The position numbers and the translations under genes are program-made. The notes under the pieces were generated by a model. That model did no database searches and was not told where the DNA came from. It saw only the letters and a list, made by a program, of their open reading frames with translations. A DNA stretch of 63,998 bases, the filler included, from Basidioascus undulatus (taxonomy: Eukaryota): NCBI GenBank assembly GCA_000826855.1. It is 20 parts of 20 records of this genome, joined end to end, with 100 filler letters (N's around TTAATTAATTAA, not from the genome) between each part and the next. Parts side by side here need not be neighbours in the genome. Positions count along the whole stretch, not along the records: positions 1 to 3,165 come from JTLS01002505.1; positions 3,266 to 6,425 come from JTLS01002506.1; positions 6,526 to 9,681 come from JTLS01002507.1; positions 9,782 to 12,922 come from JTLS01002508.1; 16 more parts are not named here. One strand, 5' to 3'. Below, in pieces: positions 1-10,325 of the stretch (positions are counted from its first letter, which is position 1; the number at the start of each line of letters is the position of its first letter).

Positions 1-15
1 GTGCTCTTCCGATCT
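1..15 (+). other. Illumina TruSeq adapter remnant
   Basis: GTGCTCTTCCGATCT is the 3' end of the TruSeq read-2 primer/adapter and sits at the contig start. Confidence 0.9.
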
Positions 16-3000
16 GTGGAGGGGGCGGCGCTGCTGATGTTGACGATGGGGAGGACGAGCGGCGGAGCGGCGGCGGGTGGGATGGGAGTGAAGAGGAAAG
101 GAGTATATGAGGACTGAGTGGAGGACGGATAGAGACAGAGAGGAGCGAGAGCGAGAAAGCACGGAAGAGGGGCTCGAGGCCCCGACAGGCGCAGCGCCCG
201 GGCGGGAAGCGGGAACGGAGTGTCTCCCAAGTCCAGTTCGCCTCGCTTTCAAAGCCGGCCTTCAATCCGCCTAGTGCGGCACGGCATGCACACTTGCTTG
301 GATTCAGACACCCTCAACCGTGCACTTCACAACCTAAAGCTGCACCCAAGGAAAAATAATACTTACCCACAATCAAGTGGAGCTCGGGGCTGGCTTAGGC
401 TGCTGGTTACTAGCTGACACCTGGGCTTGCGTGCGGCGGTGCGCGCGCGGGTGCGACACTCTTCTTGCCACGCCAGGTCGTGCCACTGATGCAGTCCGAT
501 ATCTGGGCTCCCCGCGGGGGGACGCTGTACGCGCCCACGCATTTCGCACCCTTCAATCCAGGTCAGGTCCGCAGCCCGCACACTCGGGTGGGTTTCACTC
601 GCTCACAGTGAGTGATCGCTCTCTTCGAACAGCAGCACCAGCATCGCTGCCGCCTTCTTCCACAGCAAGGCACACGATTCAATAGCCCACACGCACCGAC
701 ACGATATGACACAGATTTGCGCTCCTCCCTCGCTCATCCACGGCCGAGACCAAGACAACCCCCAACCTGTATATAACCTGTAACCTGCCCCTTCCCTTAT
801 TTCCCTTCGCCTCCCTTTCTCACGATCATAAAAGATTCAGGTGTGAAGGAGCTGCTGGAGAACGTGAAGGAGATGCAAGAAGGTGACGCCAAAGCTCTTG
901 CGAGATGTGCGAAGGCCCGAGAACACCGGGGCGTGCCGAATGCCGAGCCGAGCAGCCCCGAGTGGTCGATCGGCGCCAGGGGCTCGGCACGCCCGGCGAT
1001 TCCGGCAGAGCAGCCGCGCCCGCCTCATTTAACGTCGACGCATCCCGCTCTCACTGATAAACACCACCACCGGAAGCGGTCTGGAAGCGGTCTGATGATG
1101 AGGACAAGGTGGGCGCGGGGTTTGCTTGTGGGAGAGCCAAGAGGAGGACGTGGAGGACTTGACAACCTGGCCGGTGGCTGGCTAGCTCGCGGGCCAGCTG
1201 CCAGTGCTAGAGCTATGGGACAGCCGCGAAGCTTCTTGACGCCGTGCCCGGTTCAAAGAGGATCGTGCTTGGGCATGCGCGCCGGATGGGTGCTGTTCCT
1301 GAAGGGCGGAGTAGGACAGACTCCGGTCATCTACGGTTGTACTCCGGTTGACGCAGGCAGGCATGCACCACACGTTTTGAGAGTGCGGCTCAGGCGTGAG
1401 TCCTAAATCCAATTTTCTGTGGTGTTGGAGTGGGATCAGAAGGGAGATGGCCTGAAGAAGGTAAGAGGGAGGGAGTTGTTGCCAGTCAACTTTGACTGAA
1501 GAGTCTGACAACAGTACTTCATGTTGTGTACACATTTCTTGGCTATGGTAAGATCTTTAACCCTGTGATTTATGCCGTATTGATGTTTGATCACAAGCAC
1601 GGTAAAGTGTATAAGCTGAGGCATGATCATGACTTCCCACCTCGATGGCTCCTTGTGCGGCTGTGGGTTCACACTTTGTCCGTCTCGGGATAGAGGGATT
1701 TACTTTGGGTAAACGAAGCAGATCTTAGCTCAAGTTTTTTTTTCTTTTTAGGGGGTACAGGAGAAGAGTTTCGAGTGACCAGTAGCCCCTCCTGTGGGGT
1801 GGGTAGTGGAAGGCCGCGAGTCGGAATCTATCATTATGCGGCTGCACCTGGTTCCCCCACAGGAGTCGCATCCTGGCTGTTTCAAAATATCTCGTATTAT
1901 CTGGTATGAAACATCTCTGACGCTGGGGTCATCGTGTAAGAAGAAAGGACCTTCGCTGGCAGATTGAGACAGCATGCTGCATGGAGTCAGCACCACTCAA
2001 TGCATCTGAGTAGCAGTCTTTACCAGTGGTGCCCAGCTTTTGGACACAATCCACAACGTATCAACATGCGATAAAAGTCATGTACCTGGGACTACCTTCC
2101 ATGGTAACGTACTGTAAGTTGACAGCCAGTCGAAGCCCGAGCGGTGAGCGCTACAGTGTGAGCATGCAGACACTGCCTCGCATGTGCAAGATACAAGCGC
2201 TGAGTGGGCCAATCCACTTCGGCAGGACTTGCAGAGCTCCTTAAAAAGGCTATACGGCCAAAAAAAAAAAAAAGCTTCACACAGCAATTCGTAGCATCCC
2301 CATGGGTATGATTGCTGCCCACGCTCTTCCACCGTGACAGCCTGTCGGGTGCGTGGCCCGCTCGCTCGCTCAGAATACAAGAAGGGGTTGACATTCCCAG
2401 TATCTCCTTGCTTCTCTCCCTCAATCAGCTAAATTACTTTTCCAAACTCCAGCTAACGACCACCATAAGATGTGTGCCGCAAGGGTCACGGACACTGTCG
2501 GCTCCTTCGAAGGGCTGCATTTCAAGATTGACCATCGGGACTCCAACTGTATGTATCGCGATACTTCTTGAACGTACAGGCTAAACTCCCAGAACTGACG
2601 GGATGGACGAATCTGCAGCTATGCTATCCGTTCACCTGCAGGAGGGACACTCCTCGCAGGGCAAGCCGGGGGCGATGATTCGATGGACCCGTCAGTGACT
2701 TTGAAGGGAAAAGTCGGTCTCTAATTTTCCCATCGACACCGATCAGAAGGGGGTCCCAGGCCAACTGAGACTGACCTAGCTCATACCTACCCTGCCACGC
2801 TTGCCAGATGAAGCTCATCGCGGGCGGCGAGATGTTCGAGAGTACGTTCACAGGTCCGAGCGAATTAGGTGTAGCAGCGGTTTTCCCTTTAATATGGGTT
2901 ACCTCGTTCATCTGACCGCCTCGTGCAGGTGCTCCTGGCGCCGGAAGTGTGGGTGGACATTATCCCGCTCCATCTGTACGGGCGCACAATCTGGATGACG

Positions 3001-3165
3001 GGAAGGATGCATTCTTGGCTCACACTCCCGGGGTTCAGCGCTCTTCAAAGAGCCAAGGGCTTGAGAAGGCGTTTTGTAAGATCTGCTCATTCGTTTTGCG
3101 CTTTGGGCTGACATATGTCACGTCTTTGGGCAGTCTCCCGAGAGGGTTCGTTTATTGCCCACCTG

Positions 3166-3265
3166 NNNNNNNNNNNNNNNNNNNNNNNNNNNNNNNNNNN
3201 NNNNNNNNNTTAATTAATTAANNNNNNNNNNNNNNNNNNNNNNNNNNNNNNNNNNNNNNNNNNNN
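3166..3265. other. Artificial contig spacer (first of 19)
   Basis: 44 N + TTAATTAATTAA (stops in all frames) + 44 N. It recurs starting at 6426, 9682, 12923, 16161, 19398, 22625, 25851, 29043, 32264, 35484, 38700, 41912, 45122, 48329, 51535, 54740, 57945 and 61144. Confidence 0.99.
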
Positions 3266-3346
3266 TCTTCCGAGCTGCTCACTGTGTGCACACAAGGAAG
3301 AGACAGTCGGCAAGCGGATTAGGCTTCAAGTATGTTTGTATTGGTA

Positions 3347-4158
3347 CTATTTCAACTCCCACAGCGTGCCATCTACACAGCGGTCCGTAAACCACCTCCC
3401 TGATCTAGATGACCTTGGCTTGCCCCACATCAAGATGACCACCTCTACATCCCGCGATTCAGGAAGCAACTCCTCACAGTCAGTCGAGCAGACGGCCATG
3501 ATTGTGCTTGTCAATCTGGACGCTGTTCAGACCAATGATGACCATGCGCAGCGATGGGGATTTTGTGACGAAGTCTACGAAACTGCGGCCAGCGTGCTCC
3601 TCATGGAGATCCCGAACACCCAGCATGACCATAGCCCGTTGAGTGAGACGTGGCATTGCCATTAAGCGCTCCACTTCACTCAGCCATCCAAAATTGACGG
3701 ACCACACAACAAGGCGTTCGATTGTGTCCAATGAAGATAGGTGATGCGGGTTATAAAATCGCGCAAAGGGACATGCATACTCTGTCAACGGCAGTCCTGC
3801 AGCGATGCAGGTGGTCTCAGATGAGCTTGTGTAGATGAGGCGCAGGTCAGGCATGGCCGAGATGATTGGGGCCATTAGATCGTCAGAGGTCTGGGAAAGA
3901 TAGGTGTGGAGTGATCGAGTTCGACCAAGGAGGTCCGGCCTCGATTCCGCCGTGCGGGCGAGTCTCTCCACTGCTCGGCGTGCGAAGCGTGACCAACGCA
4001 TAGAGCAGCGGGGTCGGCTGCGCGTTATACGAGCGTGAGACGAGGCAGAGCGACGCGAGGGTGGCCGAGTCGCGGGTGTATGAGAGCGGGTGCGACGGAG
4101 CGCCGACTTCGGCGATGATCAGATTGTGGACCTCGGGCGGAAGCTGAGGAAGAACCAT
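3347..4158 (-). pseudogene. F-box-like protein, two apparent frameshifts
   Basis: N-terminus MVLPQLPPEVHNLIIAEV...TLASLCLVSRSYN..PLLY is F-box-like. The protein continues in a second frame (RRAVERLARTAESRPDL, shift near 3980) and a third frame (…WFTDRCVDGTLWELK*, shift near 3490-3520). No intron is apparent at the first shift. Confidence 0.6.
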
Positions 4159-4490
4159 GGCGAGGGTTCGTTTGACGTTAAATCAGGGCGCAAAATCGAG
4201 ATGAGCGACAGGCGTTGCAGTCGTGGCACAGGCAGCGGTCGATGATGGGATGGTGATGGTTCGGTAGGATGAGGCGCAGGTGGTCAGACGTGTGCGAAGT
4301 CTCGTCTGTGGCCCAAACTGTCACGGCAACGGGGGTGACCTTGCTAGCTCTCTGTAACGCCTTGATATTTATGAGGGCACCTATAAACATGGGCGGCTGT
4401 GTGTTGAATTGGAGAAAAACACTTGCTCGGATGTCAGCATCGTCACATTTGCATTTGTGTTATCCTTTTACTCCAGAATGACTGTGGAAG

Positions 4491-4569
4491 GGCAAGATAG
4501 GAAAGTGGTCAAATCCGCTAGCTTCAGGTGCTAGTCTTCGGTTCGTGGGTTCGAATCCCACTCTTGTCA
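4491..4569 (+). tRNA. tRNA-Leu(CAG), divergent D and variable arms
   Basis: Acceptor GGCAAGA/TCTTGTC + A73; anticodon arm CTAGC-TTCAGGT-GCTAG; T arm GTGGG-TTCGAAT-CCCAC; a T-run terminator follows. Confidence 0.9.
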
Positions 4570-5073
4570 TTTTTGCCACCTTCTGCTCTTCTCCTTTTGC
4601 GCTCGCCCACCAAAACTGCGCCTGGCTGCCTACTTCCCATCCTTACGAGTCTATTTTTTCATCCCTTCTTCTATTTCCCAGGCTGTGTGCGAAATTGTTC
4701 CACAATCATGTGACCATCATGCGGCACTCAGCTGCTCCTCGACACTCACCTGTCCTCGCTTCCCAGCGGCTTCATGGCCTTCATGCGGTTATCGCGGTCG
4801 CACGCGTCCATATCATGGCATTCTCCGTCATAGAATCCCACTAATTTCCCACTGTCCACCGCTCAGAGTCCACCGCCGTGCTCACCCATTGCCGTGCCCG
4901 TCGCCGTCCGCCCGTCCCCGTACTGATCGATCTCGTCCAGGTCTCGGTTCTGAATCATTCCTCTAACTGACTGCTCCCACTCGCTCTCACTTTCCTCACT
5001 TTCGACCACTCCCGCCCTCATCGATCATATCCTCGCAGCTTACCCTCACTTCAATACCCTTCTGTTCCTCCCA

Positions 5074-6368
5074 ATGAACGGTCACTCGTCCCTCCCCCGC
5101 GTAGTCTGCATCGGCTGGCTCACGCACGCCCCGGGCCTAGCGGCCATCGACCAACTCCGCCCATATGTCGAGTTCGATGTACGTCCTCCCTCGTCCCTCT
5201 CTCCTTCTCTGCTTGTTTGCTGAACAGACCACCCTTCCCTCGCCAGACAATCCCCTACCAGCCGCGCCCAGACCTGATCGCCGAGCTGACGCACCTCGCC
5301 CGTACGCGCGGACCGCACATCGCGCTCATCATCTTTCTCTCGCCCAATATGGGCCTCCTGGGGCCCTGCGATGCTGAGCTCTTTGGGCCCATTGCGGACA
5401 AGGGCGCGCTCAGGCTCGTTACGGGGCCAGGGGCGGGTGCGTTGGCTGAGGAAGCGGGGGGAGGAAGAGAAGGAGGTGGGTTTGCTGATTGAGGAGGGGA
5501 GAGGACAGGGTACGATAAAGTCGACTTGGCGTGGCTTGCGAGTCGCGGGATCAGCTATGCGAACTCGCCGAGCGCGGTCGTGCGTCCCCTCTTCTCCCCT
5601 TCTCCTCTCCAGCCTCCCTGCCCCCCACCCGCTTGTCTGTTTGTCTATTTGGCTGACACCCTCCGTACACCCAACGCAGACCGAGCCTACAGCAATCTCC
5701 GCAGTCCTCCTGATCCTCATGGCCCTGCGCGGGACGTCCGCGAATGAGCTCACCGCGCGCGCAGGGCGGTGGACGGGAGGGCCCGCGGCGCTCGGGCTGG
5801 TCGTCGGCGAGGACCCGAGAGGACTCGTCCTGGGCTTGGTGGGGTTGGGGGGGATCGGGAAGGTGCGTGAGGGTGCGGTAGAACCGGCGGCAGGGGACGT
5901 GAAGGCTGATACGCGCAGGGCGGGGCGGTGCAGATCGTTGCGCAGCGGATGGCAGCGTTCGGGATGGAGATCCATTACCACACGCGCCATCCCGTCAGGG
6001 GCGCTCGTGCGTCCTCTCCTTCCAGGCCTCCCCCTCTACTTTCTACCGACTTATTCCCGCTCCCCGCTCGTAGCCCCCACATACATCTACCACCCCACCC
6101 TCCCCTCACTCCTCCGCGTCTCGGACGTCCTCTCCCTCCACTGCCCCCTCACGCCGCAGACGACGCACCTCCTCTCCGACCCCGAGTTTGCACAGCTCAA
6201 GCAGGGCGCGTGCGTGGTGAATACGAGTCGCGGGGCGGGTGCGTGTGCAGCTTCGGGACGGCTTTCCTCACTCGCTCGCTTACTACCTGTAATTGTTCCT
6301 GGAAGCACAGTAATCGACGAAGACGCCCTTGTCCGCGCGCTCGAGTGCGGAATAGTAACCCGCGCAGG
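5074..6368 (+). CDS. D-isomer-specific 2-hydroxyacid dehydrogenase (glyoxylate/hydroxypyruvate reductase-like), multi-exon, 3' truncated
   Basis: Spliced motifs GAGYDKVD, GLVGLGGIGK (GxGxxG), SDVLSLHCPLTPQTTHLL, VVNTSRGAVIDEDALVRAL. Confidence 0.9.
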
Positions 6369-7837
6369 TCAGTCCCCCACCTCCTTTCCCCCGCCCAACC
6401 CCCCTCTCACCAACTACACAACGCANNNNNNNNNNNNNNNNNNNNNNNNNNNNNNNNNNNNNNNNNNNNTTAATTAATTAANNNNNNNNNNNNNNNNNNN
6501 NNNNNNNNNNNNNNNNNNNNNNNNNACCTATCGTATGCCACATCGCACATTACTAGCATTCCTCTTCGTGCTCGCACACATGACGACCAAGTAACGACCT
6601 CACATTCCATCCGATACCCTCGCTTCATACGCTCACTATACCCTCGTCTCATTCTTTGCATTGCCATCACCGTGCCGCGAGACTTGTCATTCATTCACAT
6701 TGTTAGAATAAATCAATGCATGCCTCGCGTTCTTTCCGATTTTCTTGCCGCAGTCATAACAGCACAGTGGCTCAGCAGCGCAGCGAGATCAGAGTGCGAC
6801 TCAATCTGCTTTCAGGTGCCCTCACTCAGATATTCAATCTCACTAACGATATTCAGGAGTCTGAGGATGCAATTGAGAAGAAGATATCAAATCTGCCTTG
6901 GCAGCGAAACAGCAATTCGCTTTCCACCGGCAGCACTGCTTCAGCTCGCAGACGGCAGAGTGCAGCAACCGTGAGCCTCTCGCCTCAATTTTGTGAACTC
7001 GAAAGAGCAGCTGGGTACTGTGTAGATTGTATACAAAATAAAAATGGCTGACGGCCGAACGGGCCTGTCGTGCGCTTCGAAGGAAGCGGCTCAAGGACCA
7101 AACACAGCAAGCCTAGGCTTGGGGGCCCTCTCCACCACCGTGCAACCTGGGTGGCTAAGCTACTTCTTGGCGCAGTCAGACTCTGCAGGGCCACTGTCCG
7201 TCCTGTAGACTATGTTCGAGTTGTGCGGGCAGTGACGTTTTTTAGATCTACTTGCGGTATTATATCAACTTGGGGGAAAAATCACTGTGTCTTTCTGAGC
7301 AAAACGTCTGCAGGGCCAGCGAGATCGGTCGTTCACCGAAGCCAGTGAACTGCTGGCAACTTGGCCCAAACAAGTGTGTGACCCTCCGCTGATTCTAGAT
7401 TCCAGAAATCTTCCACCATTGTTCACTTCCTCAATATGAGGGTGCTTCAAGAGGGTTGCACTAGGTACGAGCGTGTCGAAGTTATCGCAACACAGCCAAC
7501 AGGTCCCGTAGGAGTAATAAGTCAATATATAGATATCGAAATACGACTGCCATGGGTACTGAATCCAGTGGGTGGAACTACTCAGAAGAGTGATGCGTGC
7601 TTTGTACCGGTGTCGCCGCCGTCTCGTGCCGAGGAAGGCCCCAGTAGAGTCCTCCAAGTCAACTTTCGTTCATGAGCACCTAAGCCGCTTCGAAAAGTCG
7701 AGAAAAAAATTATGTGGCGTTCATATCACACTTTCAGGCAAGCAACAGACAATGCAGAAGCGAAAGAGAGACCATGACAGATGCATTGCATAAGAACCAA
7801 CTGAAAAGTGCAGAGACAAAGAGAGAATCAAATCGGA

Positions 7838-9681
7838 TTAGCCATCTCGCCCGCCTTCACGTCGTTGATGGAGCCTAGGCCGTGATAGAGCCAGAGAAGG
7901 GACTTGCGGCGGCATGGTGATCTCGAATGCGAGCGCGTCGAAGGCGTCGAGGTGGTCCTTGATGCGCTCGAACCACGCCACAGGCCGGTCGGTGTACGCG
8001 CTCTGCGGCATGAGCACCGCCTGTGCGTCAGCGGTGTACACACGGCACATGGGCTCTGCCTGCGTCGCGGTTGCATCGGGCTTCGCGTGGGCGGAGAAGG
8101 GGTCAACGCCATTAGCGAAGATAATGTAGTGGTGGGCGTTCGCGCGGGAGAGGGCGTTCTCGCTCAGGGAGAGGATCGCGCGCAGGCCCGGTCAGCAGAA
8201 GAGGTAGTCGAGCGAGTGGTCCGCCAAGCCGCCCCAGGCATTGTCGAAGGTCGAGAGGTTGTCCCAGTGCATGAACAGCGCGTCGGGTGCTAACGGCCCA
8301 TGAAGTATGCCGGCCCGGTGAACCGTATTGGTGACGAGCGCCTCGGAGGCAAGGTGAATGTCGCGGGGGGAGGAAGGTGTACTCGCGTAGTGCTCGAGGG
8401 TGTCGGCCGCGACATCCTCGGGCAGATTCGCGCACCCAGCTGATGAGCTCCGGCGCCGACATGGTGAACTCGTGGTCGTAGATGATGCCCTCGTCTGTTA
8501 TGGGGTCCAAACCGGATAAGGGTCAGCTGAGAATTCCAAGACAAGAGAAACAGAAGGATAATGTAGATAATAAGTGTTGAGTAAGAGAGAAAACTCACCG
8601 CATGCATTCGCTGATTAAGAGGCGACCGGCTCAGTCGAGCTTGTCCTTCGCGTACGAAGACGGCCGAGGGAGCTTCACGCCCTCGCCGAGAACCTTGCCG
8701 TCGTCGGAAGGACCAAATTGGGGCAGGTTAAAGTGGCCGAAGGCGTCGTACGTGAGCTGTGAAAGCCGATCGTGCGGGACAGCGCGAAGCGCAGCGAGTC
8801 GTTCTGGGCCGGGCAGGTTCCAGTCGATGCCGCACGCGCGAAGAAGCTGTGTGTCACCGAAATGTCAGCATTGGATTTGGGCCTGGAAAGACTGCGAGGA
8901 TAAATTACCTCATGTAGCGCGTATGGTACTGTTCCTTGATGAAGAGACCGCAAATCGGGATAACGCCCGACAGAGGACAGCGCTCTGGAACAGGTCGTTG
9001 TGCTGAGAGTTCAGGTGCACGTCCACCGAAACTGGAAGACGTACCTGCGTGTAAGCGCTCGCCAGCGAAGATCAATTAAAATCAACTTAACTGGAACCAG
9101 CCGACTGCCTAAAGATGGTTACCCGAGTCGGGTCACCGCCGAGTGCGGAGATCTGCTTGTTGACCCACTTGAGCGCGTTGTTGGTCGCTGAAGGGACGAC
9201 ACCTAAGACATGAGTACCAATCCGATTGATTAAAGAAAATAATGCCCTCCCGATGGCCTAATTCCCGTTGCCCCCGCCGTAGGCCGCGTTGTCGGCGCAA
9301 ATGTCGTCCGAGGCGAGGAACCCGTACCAGCGCAAGCGGGGTGACGAAGATAGTCGGCATGCCGAGTTCCGTCGAGATAGCAGCGAGGAGGGCGCCGTCG
9401 AGCACAGAGTACGGATTCGCGCCAAACACATAGCCGCCCCCGTAGGAGTAGACCATCACCGGAGCTTCGACGTCGGCTGCGTCCCGGCGGGGAGGGTGAT
9501 CTGGAGGTTGAGGCAGCCCGTCTCGCCGACGACAGACTCGCACGTCGCGAGGCTCTGGGCGGTCGCCGTCTGTGTACCCAGGCAACTATACGTAACGGTT
9601 CTGAAGTACTGGGAGAATTATGAAAAGCGCTGTCAGTACAGTACAGACAGGCGTGCATGTGGGGACGTGGTTGATCAAGGG
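7838..9681 (-). pseudogene. Type-B carboxylesterase/lipase pseudogene (5' truncated)
   Basis: Motifs CLNLQI…KLPVMVYSYGGGYVFG, GGDPTRVTIF-RQSAGS (the catalytic GxSAG reads RQSAG at ~9096-9110) and ADHSLDYLF. In-frame stops at 9258-9260, 8631-8633 and 8192-8194; frameshifts near 9460 and 8292. Confidence 0.85.
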
Positions 9682-9893
9682 NNNNNNNNNNNNNNNNNNN
9701 NNNNNNNNNNNNNNNNNNNNNNNNNTTAATTAATTAANNNNNNNNNNNNNNNNNNNNNNNNNNNNNNNNNNNNNNNNNNNNTCCCCTCCGCGCCTCTCCC
9801 CCCCCCTCGCCCTCGTCACCCGCACGTCCACCACTACCTCAAGCTTTGCCCTCCGGTGCATATCTTCTTTGTGCTCCCCCTCCTCCCCATTTT

Positions 9894-10325
9894 GCGCTCC
9901 GGCGCATCGGCCGCTTAGCGTTCCGAAGCATTACTGTCTTACGAATGCGCTCCGGCTCATCGGCCGCTTAGCGTTCCTACGCATTACTGTTTCATGAATG
10001 CGCTCCGGCGCTCCTTCCTCTGGTGTCCCGACACTCTCTGTCTTACGAATGCGCTCCGGCGCTGATATGTCTTTGTGTACCGACACATCTACGTCTTGCA
10101 AACGCGCTCCGACGCTCCCTGCTCTTGCGTCCCGCCGCATTTCTGTCTTAACGCGCTTCGACGCGCCTTCCTCTTGCGTCCCGACGCATCTCGACTTAAG
10201 AACGCGCTCCGGCGCTGCCTTACCTTGCTCTCCGGAGCATCTGGATCTCAACGCCCTCCCGGGCGCGCCGCACAGCCTGTTCTTGTTCTCCGGGAGGACA
10301 TCTCGTCTTACTGAGCGCTGTCGGG
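9894..10325. repeat. Degenerate ~51-bp tandem repeat, each unit with two short inverted repeats
   Basis: GCGCTCCGGCGC-like motif starts at 9894, 9947, 10000, 10051, 10104, 10153, 10204, 10253 and 10315. Confidence 0.9.

Noticed and set aside
220..3165. ORFs of the first contig (e.g. 843-1406; CxxC-containing 1748-1996)
   Set aside because: No codon bias or family motif I can recognise; probably intergenic or degenerate.
8192..9260. Stop-codon reassignment (TGA/TAG read as Trp)
   Set aside because: These stops occur only in genes that also have frameshifts; intact genes use TGG for Trp and end in TGA, TAG or TAA.
9894..10325. CRISPR array interpretation of the ~51-bp repeat
   Set aside because: The 'spacers' are homologous to each other, the repeats are short and degenerate, no cas genes are present and the host is eukaryotic.
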